IMG/VR virus record: IMGVR_UViG_3300021138_002011
Span: 1-64,000 of that record
Length of the DNA stretch: 64,000 nucleotides
From: a virus
Direction: 5' to 3' (one strand)
The position numbers and the translations under genes are program-made. Shown piece by piece: positions 1 to 9,132 of this stretch (position 1 is its first letter; every line of letters begins with the position of its first letter). The notes below the pieces were generated by a model. That model saw nothing but the letters and a program-made list of their open reading frames with translations. It did not search any database and was not told the origin of the DNA.

Positions 1-99
1 AGTGGCGGTATCAGCAACCCAACCACCACCATATGAGTGTTGATGTGCTGCTACAGGTCCATTGCCGTCTTGAAAATCATACTTTGTTTCGTTAGTCAT
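1..99 (-). CDS. 5' part of a phage hypothetical protein (runs off window)
   Basis: ATG at 99 reads MTNETKYDFQDGNGPVAAHQHSYGGGWVADTAT, open to the window edge; not in the ORF track. Confidence 0.5.
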   Translation of the reverse strand, partial: MTNETKYDFQDGNGPVAAHQHSYGGGWVADTAT

Positions 100-100
100 A

Positions 101-316
101 TCACTTCTCCGGTAGATCGGAATAATAATCCGTAATGGCAGCAAGCAAACTCCCGATACCGAAGGCAATAACAAACATACTTAGAATAATAAAAGTGTAT
201 GTGCAAAAATATTCTAGACCGGAGTATTGTGGTGCTGATAGACCGGTCAAGAATGAAGTAACCCAGGCAGAGACCAAAACACTCCAAAAAATAATCCTAA
301 ACTTGAACTTGGTCAT
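101..316 (-). CDS. small membrane protein
   Basis: Two hydrophobic segments; start moved to MTKFKF. Confidence 0.45.
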   Translation of the reverse strand: MTKFKFRIIFWSVLVSAWVTSFLTGLSAPQYSGLEYFCTYTFIILSMFVIAFGIGSLLAAITDYYSDLPEK

Positions 317-587
317 CTTTACGCCTTTCGATTGATTGAATACCAGCAATAGACAGTGCAGCAATTTTCACAAGACGTGACTTGATAATTTCATGGTATT
401 GATTATCATCTCGTGCTTGTTGACCCTCGTGCATTAGTTTTCCCATTTGCCGATCAATGAACTTAATCCAGTCAAGAGAACTATTGTTGTCGTCACCGGC
501 ATCACCACCCCATTGCTGGGATTGATGCATACGTTCTCTAAGAATGCTGGTATATGCTGAGATACTAAACAAAGTATTTTCAGTCAT
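297..587 (-). CDS. MazG-like helical protein, degenerate acidic motif
   Basis: ERxHQxxxWG...W..FI...G...LVKIAALxIA pattern; the usual EExGE/EL glutamates are absent. Confidence 0.4.
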   Translation of the reverse strand: MTENTLFSISAYTSILRERMHQSQQWGGDAGDDNNSSLDWIKFIDRQMGKLMHEGQQARDDNQYHEIIKSRLVKIAALSIAGIQSIERRKDDQVQV

Positions 588-801
588 AGTTCCATTCTTT
601 CACAACATTAATCACCCTCATCACTCGCCCATGGCATAAGCATCCATCACTATTTGAACATGGTTTGCCCTCATAAGCGCGGCAATGTCCAGTTATAGCA
701 TTCGAGATCGCTACTTTAAAAGAAGGTTTGCGCTCATCGATAATATGTTTGATGAGCGTATTTAAACGTTGAATATCAAAAAAAACTATCATACCTATCA
801 A
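580..801 (-). CDS. hypothetical protein
   Basis: ORF in a co-directional cluster, Cys-rich. Confidence 0.35.
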   Translation of the reverse strand: MIGMIVFFDIQRLNTLIKHIIDERKPSFKVAISNAITGHCRAYEGKPCSNSDGCLCHGRVMRVINVVKEWNYD

Positions 802-858
802 TACAATATTTGATCAGTGCTTCTTCGTTCTTAGTCATTATTATATTCCTTCATGACA

Positions 859-1143
859 TTAACCACCAGTCATTTTAATTGCCTTGAACAACCTAACAAG
901 CGGTCCATACCAAATTGCGATAAAAACAACCAACAGCACAGCAACAGGCATTCCAGACCCATTAAACCAACGAGAAGCAACCTGAGTGCCAATATAAGCG
1001 GCGTTGCTATCACTCAATTGCTGTGCTGCCATAGGTCCGCTAACCAAGGGACTGACAATTTCGTGCATGGTATTCACTGCATGCACAGCCCAAAATGCAC
1101 CCACTGTGAGGAAGGCACGCGGTAGAAAGCTTGACATTTTCAT
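859..1143 (-). CDS. membrane protein
   Basis: Two hydrophobic segments; AAGG RBS; sigma70-like promoter upstream. Confidence 0.55.
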   Translation of the reverse strand: MKMSSFLPRAFLTVGAFWAVHAVNTMHEIVSPLVSGPMAAQQLSDSNAAYIGTQVASRWFNGSGMPVAVLLVVFIAIWYGPLVRLFKAIKMTGG

Positions 1144-1174
1144 TGTTTGTACCTTTTGTTTTGTCTATGTCACA

Positions 1175-1202
1175 GTTATAGCAGATATATGTTGGTTGTC
1201 AA
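1175..1202 (-). promoter_or_regulatory. sigma70-like early promoter
   Basis: TTGACA-16 nt-TATAAC with TG in the extended -10 position; a similar element lies at 8419-8446. Confidence 0.5.
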
Positions 1203-1209
1203 CAGCAAA

Positions 1210-1217
1210 TATAAATA
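1210..1217 (+). promoter_or_regulatory. T4-type late promoter
   Basis: TATAAATA upstream of the GAGG RBS and ORF 1245. Confidence 0.65.
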
Positions 1218-1244
1218 ATGGTGTAATCTAGAGGTAATAATTAA

Positions 1245-1979
1245 ATGCGTATAACAGAAATAACAACCGTAGGCCATTTGTTTGAAAGTGTTGAACTAGC
1301 AAGTACGTTACGTTCAATTGCAAGTGAAATAGGAAATCCTGTTACTGCGATATATGACAAACTAACCGAATTTGCAGAACGCTGGAGTGAAAATCACGAC
1401 AGCATGAAAAATTTTGGATTTTTAGAAAAGAACATCAATGACAGGTGGTACAACGAGCAAGGTGACAATCTTATTGCCGAGTTGTACCATCTAGCAGATC
1501 AAGCACCTAGTCAAGCCTCTGCACAGCTTCGCAGATTGTTGCTATCCAATACAACGACAAATTTTAGAACACTTGGTAAAAATCTTACACCAATATTGAT
1601 ACAAATTGGTTTAGACACTAACTACAACCATTTAGTAAGAAACGCGCAAGCATGGCAGCAGCAAGAAAAAAACTTTGCGCAAACCCTTGAAAAACTTGAC
1701 AAATATTCTGCATCTAGCTCAAAAAAACCAAGCAGCACATTAGGAGACACATCGGCTGCATCTATGTCTCCAACCCGTTCTGAAAAAATTGATCAAGCAG
1801 CGGCTGATAAAAAAATAGCTAGAGCGCAGCAACAGATCCAAATTGAACAACTTATAAATTCTGTTTTAACAAAAATTCCAAAAGGTGTAGCAGGCGAAAT
1901 TCGTAATGCAATTTCACGTGAGTCGAACAAGCTGATGGCACTTCAAAAAGAACTGACAAAACGAAATATTAAAATGTAG
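1245..1979 (+). CDS. late protein with MRITEI leader (putative head-packaged protein)
   Basis: Late promoter; N-terminus MRITEI...LFE|S. Confidence 0.6.
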   Translation: MRITEITTVGHLFESVELASTLRSIASEIGNPVTAIYDKLTEFAERWSENHDSMKNFGFLEKNINDRWYNEQGDNLIAELYHLADQAPSQASAQLRRLLLSNTTTNFRTLGKNLTPILIQIGLDTNYNHLVRNAQAWQQQEKNFAQTLEKLDKYSASSSKKPSSTLGDTSAASMSPTRSEKIDQAAADKKIARAQQQIQIEQLINSVLTKIPKGVAGEIRNAISRESNKLMALQKELTKRNIKM

Positions 1980-2048
1980 CAGGCAGGATAGTGTGGTATG
2001 TCTCAATTTTTGCAACTCTATCATGCCACAATTACATGTATAACGGTT

Positions 2049-2273
2049 TTAACAATATTTCAAAGAAAACTCAACAAATGCGTTGTCGTGTCTAAACCAT
2101 ACTAAAAGAAATCCATCTTTTTCATCAGTCCACCACAATCCTCCATTGCGATTGGGACGACCTAAATTTTCTTTAAACCAAGTGGCCATTTCTTTACGCT
2201 GTTTTTTGTTTATTAATTTAGACAGTTTGACACGAGCGAGTTTCGGCTCATCCATAGTTACATTTGTATTCAT
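2049..2273 (-). CDS. small protein of the W..G / F....F.L.W family
   Basis: ATWFKENLG...VWFRHDNAFVEFSLKY; start moved to MNTNV. Confidence 0.5.
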   Translation of the reverse strand: MNTNVTMDEPKLARVKLSKLINKKQRKEMATWFKENLGRPNRNGGLWWTDEKDGFLLVWFRHDNAFVEFSLKYC

Positions 2274-2396
2274 TTGAGTTATCCTGCACAAGGTTAATGA
2301 CTTATTTGTAACAGTTCTTAGTTTTTTTAAGATCTGTATATCACAGTGCAACCAAAGCAAAAGCACTCTTGATTAGTGAACTTTATACCGCAGCAT

Positions 2397-2648
2397 CTAG
2401 ACTTTTTTGTATTTTTGATAAGCGGACATGATGAGTTCTAGTGCTTTTGGATGATAGTCGCCGGTTACACTTTGATCAATTTGTTCAATTACCGCCATAC
2501 TTTGTTTAGATGACAGGTCAACATACAACTGATCACAAAGTTTTTGTATTTCTTTACGCGCAGCAGGGTTACCCCAGCCATGGTAATCTTGTGTCCAATT
2601 GATAGTTAGTTTGTAATCGGTTTTATTTTTGTTAGGGGTAGGTTCCAT
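2397..2648 (-). CDS. hypothetical protein
   Basis: AAGGAG RBS, 83-aa ORF. Confidence 0.55.
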   Translation of the reverse strand: MEPTPNKNKTDYKLTINWTQDYHGWGNPAARKEIQKLCDQLYVDLSSKQSMAVIEQIDQSVTGDYHPKALELIMSAYQKYKKV

Positions 2649-2822
2649 TGTGACTCTTGCTCCTTAAAAAGATATTAGCTGGTATGATAGATGTTGTCAA
2701 TAGTGGTTTGGTATATCAAATTGAAAAATACCAAATCCTCAACTGTGTGTCTTTGCTACAATCCGGTCAATTTGTTCGTTGGCATTCTCATAATACATAG
2801 CTAGTCGACGGACATGCCGACG

Positions 2823-2951
2823 TTATACAGCCCCTACTAGACTTAGAATCCAAAGAAAAATCAAGCCAAGAACGAGCAACTTGGCTATTTCAGCAATCTC
2901 TTCGGGACCGACTACAGCTAGTAGTACAATAAAAAAGAGTGCAAATATCAT
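2823..2951 (-). CDS. 42-aa two-helix membrane peptide
   Basis: MIFALFFIVLLAVVGPEEIAEIAKLLVLGLIFLWILSLVGAV with GGAGA RBS; below the ORF-track cutoff. Confidence 0.45.
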   Translation of the reverse strand: MIFALFFIVLLAVVGPEEIAEIAKLLVLGLIFLWILSLVGAV

Positions 2952-3023
2952 AATACTATAATCTCCGTTGGTTACAATCTATAAAAACTTTCTCTGCTTA
3001 CAAAATTTACAGATGTATGCAGG

Positions 3024-3461
3024 TCAGCTGAGAATTAATTTAACAACTTCACTGGCCATTTTGCCATCGTATCGTCCGGTGTAATTTTTCTTTAATTCTG
3101 CCATAACTGCTCCCATGGCTTTGACACCTTCGAGCTTCATATCGTGTACAATGCTGTGGACAACTGCGTCTAATGTGGCTCGATCCATTTGCTGTGGAAG
3201 ATAGGCATGCAAAATATCAGCTTCTCGCTGGTAAGTGGTAGCATCACGATCAATTGCTTGTAAATTTCGGATAGTATCATCTACATTTGCAGCAAATTTC
3301 TTAATCGTGGCAAGTACTTCGTCATCTGTTGGATTACCGTTACGGCGGTTTTTACCAACCATCAGCGCTTCTGAATACAATGTTACCAACAGGTTTTTAG
3401 CAACAATGTCTTTGCCCTGTCGAGCAGCGACCATATCTTTGTGTAATGTTTCAATAAGCAT
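3024..3461 (-). CDS. GatB/YqeY domain protein
   Basis: YLPQQM, MGAVMAELKK..GRYDGKMASEVVK motifs. Confidence 0.85.
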   Translation of the reverse strand: MLIETLHKDMVAARQGKDIVAKNLLVTLYSEALMVGKNRRNGNPTDDEVLATIKKFAANVDDTIRNLQAIDRDATTYQREADILHAYLPQQMDRATLDAVVHSIVHDMKLEGVKAMGAVMAELKKNYTGRYDGKMASEVVKLILS

Positions 3462-3606
3462 AAAATTAATCTCTCTCTTTGTAGATCTATACTATAGCTG
3501 AATTTAATATAATTGCAATAGTTTTAAGGCAAATGATGCGAGTACAAACCTCAACAAAGGTTCGGGGTTAGAATCTAACGGGCAGACACCGGTGTATACA
3601 GAAAGT

Positions 3607-3647
3607 TTCAACTGTTTGACATTCTGCTAGGAAGTCAAACAGTTGAA
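3607..3647. terminator. 14-bp stem hairpin just after the nadV stop (terminator or processing site)
   Basis: TTCAACTGTTTGAC / GTCAAACAGTTGAA perfect inverted repeat. Confidence 0.5.
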
Positions 3648-3657
3648 CTGGTTCTAT

Positions 3658-5064
3658 TCAATCAAGCACAGCACGGTTAGCTTGTTCTCGGATTTCGGCA
3701 AAGGTCCAATCCGTTAGCAGCCGGCCATTTTCAAACACAGTCTTGAGAACATTGGCCCAATCGTATCCGCTATGAAGCGGAAGTGTTTCCCACTTTCCTC
3801 GTTCACGCGTCAGGACAAACTGCCCAGCCTTGCTGCGCTTTCCTGGATCGGTAATCGGATTCTTAAACACGTCTCTCCATTCGCCGCCCACTTTGCCTGA
3901 GCTTGCTTTCATAGCAAACCGGAACGTGTCGCGATCCACTTTTTGCAGCAATCCACCTCCCTGTCCAAATGCCAAATTCTCGGCACTGAATCCTCGTGCA
4001 AGCAGATTTGTCAAGATCGTTGGAATAGTGTCAACCGTGATCCCGTCACCTTGAATAACACGAACACTCGGTGACAGTACTTTGAATCCCTTGCGGTTGA
4101 CAGTGTATCCGTATTTCTTACTCAACATTTCAACAATATCAACTGGAACGGTAGTAGGATCACCGCTGTCGGGTCGAACCACCAATGTACCGCCGCTGGA
4201 TTCGACGTCAGTCTTCAAATTGGTTCCCCAAATATTGTCAACTGCATTCCATACGTCGTATGTGTCACTTACACAAGCAAAGATGCTGCCCTTCTTACCA
4301 AACTTGCTGACCATATTCTTCATAGCATCTTGTTCGCCGTCTTTACCCCACATGCAGATCACACTGTGTTCGCTGGCAGGAATACTGAATCCTGCCATCC
4401 TTTCATGATACGCCCGTCGAACTGCCAGACACGCCACCGCAGTATCTGTGCCCATGAAATTCACCAGATGCGCTGCTCCGCCAATGGCTGCGCTTTCAAC
4501 ACTGCTTACTCCTCTGAATCCAAAATCGTGCATACGAAATGCAATTTCATTTTCCGGATTATCACAGCTTGCGTTGAGAGCTGAGCTAATCGCCAGCTTG
4601 CATCTCCAGCTGTTTGTGGCCACAGTTGTGGGATACCAAATAGCCTGTAGAAGGATAGTTTCAAGCCACGTGGTCAACCAATAACACTTGGGATCTGTGT
4701 TGACAATTGTAGCAAGTACATTGTGAAGAGGGATCAAGGTGCCTTCGGGTACTGCCATAATCTTAATAGGAAGCAATCCGTTGTGCTCACAGAGAATGTA
4801 ATCCCAGTTCTCACGGCAAAATGGTTCGCCATGTGCAGTCCAAAAATCTTCAGCCTCATCTATATCTTCCTTGGTAATCGGACGAAGTAGATAGTTCTTA
4901 ATAAACATTTGAAGTCCAAAGAACATAGTATGGCTTGCTGGACCTCCTCGAGACTCAATGTAGCTGTAGACATATTCTGTCTTTGGTGGATACATCTGTG
5001 ACATTGGTACTTTGTAGCTGTCGCACAAGATTAGAAGGTTGTTATAAAGTGGTGTATTACTCAT
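3658..5064 (-). CDS. nadV: nicotinamide phosphoribosyltransferase (NAMPT)
   Basis: DSYK, HDFGFRG, PASEHS, VSDTYD, RPDSGDP, IQGDG, FGQGGGLLQ motifs. Confidence 0.95.
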   Translation of the reverse strand: MSNTPLYNNLLILCDSYKVPMSQMYPPKTEYVYSYIESRGGPASHTMFFGLQMFIKNYLLRPITKEDIDEAEDFWTAHGEPFCRENWDYILCEHNGLLPIKIMAVPEGTLIPLHNVLATIVNTDPKCYWLTTWLETILLQAIWYPTTVATNSWRCKLAISSALNASCDNPENEIAFRMHDFGFRGVSSVESAAIGGAAHLVNFMGTDTAVACLAVRRAYHERMAGFSIPASEHSVICMWGKDGEQDAMKNMVSKFGKKGSIFACVSDTYDVWNAVDNIWGTNLKTDVESSGGTLVVRPDSGDPTTVPVDIVEMLSKKYGYTVNRKGFKVLSPSVRVIQGDGITVDTIPTILTNLLARGFSAENLAFGQGGGLLQKVDRDTFRFAMKASSGKVGGEWRDVFKNPITDPGKRSKAGQFVLTRERGKWETLPLHSGYDWANVLKTVFENGRLLTDWTFAEIREQANRAVLD

Positions 5065-5111
5065 GATGCAAAACTCCTTTGCGTGATATGGGCCTTGGTC
5101 TATCCTTAGCC
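5065..5111 (-). promoter_or_regulatory. two-hairpin leader, copy 1 (RBS-occluding)
   Basis: GG-ATAGA-CC hairpin followed by GCAAA-GGAGT-TTTGC over the RBS; identical cores upstream of nadM. Confidence 0.65.
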
Positions 5112-5151
5112 GTTGTGTTTATACTGCAATATAGCACAGTTGCAGCACCTG

Positions 5152-5361
5152 TCAGCCTTTCTTTAATCGAATCCACGCAGCAATATCAGTAGGACGAACT
5201 GATACTGCCCAGTAGTACTCGTCGACCGGTCCGTCATACACTTTGCGAATCTTGCCAACCATTTCTAGAGGTGCAGCTTCAAATCCGCGCACCTTAACAT
5301 GGCTTTGCCCAACAGTGTATTGGTAATCTTTGTTGTTGACGTTGATTTTTCTGTAAGACAT
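5152..5361 (-). CDS. hypothetical phage protein
   Basis: AAGGA RBS, MSYRKINVNNKDYQY. Confidence 0.6.
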   Translation of the reverse strand: MSYRKINVNNKDYQYTVGQSHVKVRGFEAAPLEMVGKIRKVYDGPVDEYYWAVSVRPTDIAAWIRLKKG

Positions 5362-5414
5362 TGGTTAGATCCTTGCAATCATATTCCGGAAGGTGAAAGA
5401 GATTGAGTCAGATA

Positions 5415-6482
5415 TCAAATACCAGTTAGGAATTCAATAATATCTACATGGTCCTCAAACATTTCGCTCCTCTTGACATTCGAAAGTGGAACCCATTTAG
5501 CCTTAGCCGCATCGTCGGATCCTTTGACCTTATCAAGAGGTCCGGTACCAAGATCAATCAAGTACGCAATAGTTATAACACGACCACGAGCGCTGCGATT
5601 GGGATCATCAAATACGTCATGGGCTGTAATACTGCCACGCAACACCTTGTCAGGAACCTTGAGTCCAGTTTCCTCTCGAAGCTCTCGAATCATTCCGTCA
5701 ACAGCTCGTTCGTTGACATTGAGATACCCTCCAGGAAGTGCCATCTGGCCTTTACCAGGAAAGGCTCCGCGTTTAATCATAAGCACATGCCCAGCTTTAA
5801 TCACAACCGCGTCAACGCATACAAGATTGACCGGATAAGGTGCAGAGGTCCAGGACAGACGGTATTTGGCTACAAACTCATACTCCTCGCGGATCAGCTG
5901 GTAGTCTGCTGTTTTGATGAATTCTGCAAGGAAATCACGCACCGGAACAGGTACCGTGGCATCACGGTCGAGATCGCCCGGCTTATGGCCATCGGCGTCA
6001 TTGACCCACATCTCACCGATATTGGAGAAATATGCGTTCCGCACCCGGGTGCTGTCCAAAAAGCGGAAATTTTCAACCTCAGTGCTGGACCACTGCGGGA
6101 ACATGTTGAGGTAGTAGCTAGAACTGTCCTTGCTGTGTCCGATCAGCGTAATGTTGGGTTCGGATGTATAGCCAAACTCCCAAGCAGCACGCATCACCTG
6201 CGTCTGAACGTTATGGATCCACTTGCTGTCGTTGTATGCAGCATCTTCTAGAGGTTTGATACGCAAGCGATTACGGAAATGACCCGGAATGCTTTCCCGG
6301 ATCATCTGGCTGCGTTCATCAAAGGTGAACGGATTGCGATGGTTTCTAGGTGCGCCTGAGCTGCCAATCAGTACAACAACGTGATCGGCTGTATCTAGCG
6401 CTTGGTTGATCACTGCAAGGTGACCGAGATGGAATGGTTGGAATCTTCCAATAAACAGGGCGATATCAAACTTGTTCGACAT
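5415..6482 (-). CDS. nadM: bifunctional NMN adenylyltransferase / ADP-ribose pyrophosphatase (NadM-Nudix)
   Basis: GRFQPFHLGH (HxGH) and NPF in the N-domain; Nudix box GGYLNVNERAVDGMIRELREETG; GSDDA. Confidence 0.95.
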   Translation of the reverse strand: MSNKFDIALFIGRFQPFHLGHLAVINQALDTADHVVVLIGSSGAPRNHRNPFTFDERSQMIRESIPGHFRNRLRIKPLEDAAYNDSKWIHNVQTQVMRAAWEFGYTSEPNITLIGHSKDSSSYYLNMFPQWSSTEVENFRFLDSTRVRNAYFSNIGEMWVNDADGHKPGDLDRDATVPVPVRDFLAEFIKTADYQLIREEYEFVAKYRLSWTSAPYPVNLVCVDAVVIKAGHVLMIKRGAFPGKGQMALPGGYLNVNERAVDGMIRELREETGLKVPDKVLRGSITAHDVFDDPNRSARGRVITIAYLIDLGTGPLDKVKGSDDAAKAKWVPLSNVKRSEMFEDHVDIIEFLTGI

Positions 6483-6597
6483 AGCAAAACTCCTTTGCTA
6501 GAATGTGACTTACAGGTCTATCCTGTAAGCTAAATGGGTATAAGCGCTACGATGTTTTAGCATTGTTAGGACCACTGTAGTGAATCCCGCGCTCATA
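6483..6597 (-). promoter_or_regulatory. structured ~115-nt leader including two-hairpin copy 2
   Basis: Follows TATAAATA (6602-6609): ATGAGCGC/GCGCTTAT-closed domain, GCTTACAGG-ATAGA-CCTGTAAGT, then TAGCAAA-GGAGT-TTTGCTA overlapping the ATG. Confidence 0.65.
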
Positions 6598-6643
6598 TGC
6601 GTATTTATACACTGAAGATCTATGTATGTCAAGCAATAAATCT

Positions 6644-7558
6644 TCAGTTAATTTTTTTTGATGGCATACCGGCTATTTGATGTCTAAATGGGCTGGGAGT
6701 TTGTTGATTTTGTTTATAATTTTGAAATTTTTGCCATTCTGCAGGATTAGTTTTAACAGCGTTAACTATATCGCGTGCATCTTGTATCTTCAACAGACCC
6801 TGTTTTTCTTTAGGATGGTATACATTAATATATTTGGTTTCGCCATTCCACATGCCTTTAATATCTATCGCAAAAGCAGCGGAACCTAATTTATTAGCAA
6901 ATATTTTCAATTGGGTTGGTTTTTTCATATACTGTGCAATAGTCCCCGAAATATGCTCGTCTTCCAGCTTATTAAACCGAATGTCTCTCGCAGGTGGTTT
7001 GAAGGTGCCAACAGGTATTTTATTTTCTTTAGCATATTCCAATAATCGCAGTAAATTTGGGTTATTAGGTCGTATGTTCGCGTTGTTCCAAATTATTTTT
7101 GCCACATAAGGAAACTTAACTGGAATATCGCCGCCACCTGGTTTGTAAATAATTTCTTCGCCGGCCTCTCTATACATATGATGAATATATGGCTCAACTT
7201 CAAACCCAGCAGATTTCAGCGCTGAAACACTTAAAACAAACTGTACATTACCCATATAAATGTCTGTCCTAGATATACTAGCACTGAGATGTGGAGGTAC
7301 ATGCTCATTAGCATACCAAAGTTCTACCTTTCTTTTTGGAGCATTTTGTTCCCAGTTGTCGCCAAAAGATCTTAGTAATTCATTACTATCTTTGGTATTA
7401 CATTTTAAGACTCCAGAATCAAGTATTTTATTAATTTTTTCTATACTGGTGGCATGATATAGATAATCTGGATTAGTACGTTTGATTTTTTGATCCGGAT
7501 CATCTTCTGCTCTACGCATAGCCGGGTGCGGCGCTTCTAAAATTTCATGTATTTTCAT
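6644..7558 (-). CDS. putative ADP-ribosyltransferase-fold protein with MKIHEILE leader
   Basis: YLYHAT...ILDSGVLK, SISR, EAGEEII; start reassigned to the ATG 5 nt after TATAAATA (7564-7571). Confidence 0.55.
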   Translation of the reverse strand: MKIHEILEAPHPAMRRAEDDPDQKIKRTNPDYLYHATSIEKINKILDSGVLKCNTKDSNELLRSFGDNWEQNAPKRKVELWYANEHVPPHLSASISRTDIYMGNVQFVLSVSALKSAGFEVEPYIHHMYREAGEEIIYKPGGGDIPVKFPYVAKIIWNNANIRPNNPNLLRLLEYAKENKIPVGTFKPPARDIRFNKLEDEHISGTIAQYMKKPTQLKIFANKLGSAAFAIDIKGMWNGETKYINVYHPKEKQGLLKIQDARDIVNAVKTNPAEWQKFQNYKQNQQTPSPFRHQIAGMPSKKIN

Positions 7559-7645
7559 AAAATTATTTATATTTTTATAAAAAAAATACTGCGAAATAAT
7601 CAACTTAACAGCGCTGCAATTAATGGGTTGGCTTTGACATATTTG

Positions 7646-7831
7646 TTAAGTAGCAGTGTTTGTACTGTATATGTTTTTCCACATAGTAGTCCAGGCTGTC
7701 ATCATGTTGTGATTCACTTTCCAAGGCTGTACCATAGCTTCCATTAAATCGGCTGTGGTGTTGAGTTGACGAGCACTGTTACGCAGTTGCACGATTGTTT
7801 CTTCTATTTGATCAAGATTCATTTTTTTCAC
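7646..7831 (-). CDS. small helical protein
   Basis: Overlaps the rlpA stop; amphipathic. Confidence 0.45.
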   Translation of the reverse strand: MKKMNLDQIEETIVQLRNSARQLNTTADLMEAMVQPWKVNHNMMTAWTTMWKNIYSTNTAT

Positions 7832-8169
7832 CGCGAACCAAGAATAGTATATTGTACTTTACTTACGCCTTTACCGACCATGCCAAGGCGCCTAGCGGCT
7901 GCATGGCTTAGGTCTAGGCTACGTCCGTTCACATACGGTCCGCGATCGTTAATACGTACAACAACACTTTTTGATCCTCGTCGTACCAACAAGCGTGTGC
8001 CCATTGGCAGTGTTTTACTTGCGGCAGTAAATGCATGCGGATTAAACCGCTCGCCATTGGCAGTATGCCGTCCGGCCCAATGAGCTCCATACCAGCTGGC
8101 TGTAGCTGTACGTGCATGTGCCGCCGGTACGAGAAAAATACCACATAGAATTATATAAACAAACTTCAT
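7828..8169 (-). CDS. rlpA: RlpA-family lytic transglycosylase (DPBB)
   Basis: ASWYG, TANGERF, TAASKTLPMGT, VRINDRGPY, LDLS; signal peptide. Confidence 0.9.
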   Translation of the reverse strand: MKFVYIILCGIFLVPAAHARTATASWYGAHWAGRHTANGERFNPHAFTAASKTLPMGTRLLVRRGSKSVVVRINDRGPYVNGRSLDLSHAAARRLGMVGKGVSKVQYTILGSR

Positions 8170-8183
8170 GCTTGTGTTCCTTT

Positions 8184-8390
8184 TTATGCAGCTTTTTGTT
8201 TGGTAAACATGTTGATGATACGAAGCTCTGATGCTGTAAGCGGTGGTTGATACATGACGTTAGCCTGCTGCAAACGTTGAGCAATTCGAGCAACACCTAC
8301 GCTTAAATGGTCCGATTTTGTGTTTGACGCAAATTTATTCATTTGCGCTACAATGGCATTAACATCAATGTCTGGTCTTTTATTACCCAT
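8184..8390 (-). CDS. small protein similar to a module inside ORF 58665-61430
   Basis: S...ARIAQRL.....LT.SE.RII; sigma70-like promoter at 8419-8446. Confidence 0.6.
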   Translation of the reverse strand: MGNKRPDIDVNAIVAQMNKFASNTKSDHLSVGVARIAQRLQQANVMYQPPLTASELRIINMFTKQKAA

Positions 8391-8459
8391 GTTGATATCC
8401 CTAAGTTGCTTCCTATTGATAATAGCATAATGTTACCATAAGTCAAGTAACATTTGTAA

Positions 8460-9095
8460 CTATTTTCGACAACTCGATATTCCCAATCTTGGTGCAGGAT
8501 CAACTGGCTCGTCATTTATACGCACTTCGAAATGCACATGCGGGCCAGTAGTATGACCACTTACTCCTACTTTACCTATTTTTTGTCCTCGAACTACAAT
8601 TTTGCCAGGAGCAATGTTAGTTGTAAACGAACTAAGATGAGCATACCGTGTGACACTACCATCTTCATGTTGAATATCTATCATGCGACCGTATCCGCTG
8701 TACCAGCCTGTGAATTTCACAACTCCTGCGCTTGCAGCAACAATCCAGCTACCAAACGGGGCAACCAAGTCTACCCCTGAGTGTACCTGACTGAAAGGTG
8801 TGCTCGTTCGTTCATACTCCATAACAGGAATAAGCAAACTGCCACATGATTGATTTAGAGTTGTGTATGCTAGTTTTGTCGGCTCAGCGACTGTGCGCAC
8901 AGTTGCGGCATTTATGGTAATATCACGATGTATAGTTGTTGTTGTAATTGGGTTAACGATATCTAGTAATTTGTCAGCAGCAGTATCTATTTCACTGTAT
9001 GCTGGTAAACTAACGTATTGGCTGCCAGGCCAACCGTACTTTTCATTAGCCGCAAGGACAGCGGCAATAACTAGTATTACTAATATAGGCCGCAT
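8460..9095 (-). CDS. M23 metallopeptidase
   Basis: HSGVD (HxxxD), YAHL, PHVHFE (HxH); N-terminal hydrophobic anchor. Confidence 0.9.
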   Translation of the reverse strand: MRPILVILVIAAVLAANEKYGWPGSQYVSLPAYSEIDTAADKLLDIVNPITTTTIHRDITINAATVRTVAEPTKLAYTTLNQSCGSLLIPVMEYERTSTPFSQVHSGVDLVAPFGSWIVAASAGVVKFTGWYSGYGRMIDIQHEDGSVTRYAHLSSFTTNIAPGKIVVRGQKIGKVGVSGHTTGPHVHFEVRINDEPVDPAPRLGISSCRK

Positions 9096-9132
9096 AACAA
9101 TACTTATCTGAAGATAATATATTTGTCAACAT

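Noticed and set aside
5448-6251. Long antisense ORFs (also 20144-20854, 59590-60084, 60739-61236)
   Set aside because: Shadows of well-supported genes on the opposite strand, with no motifs or RBS
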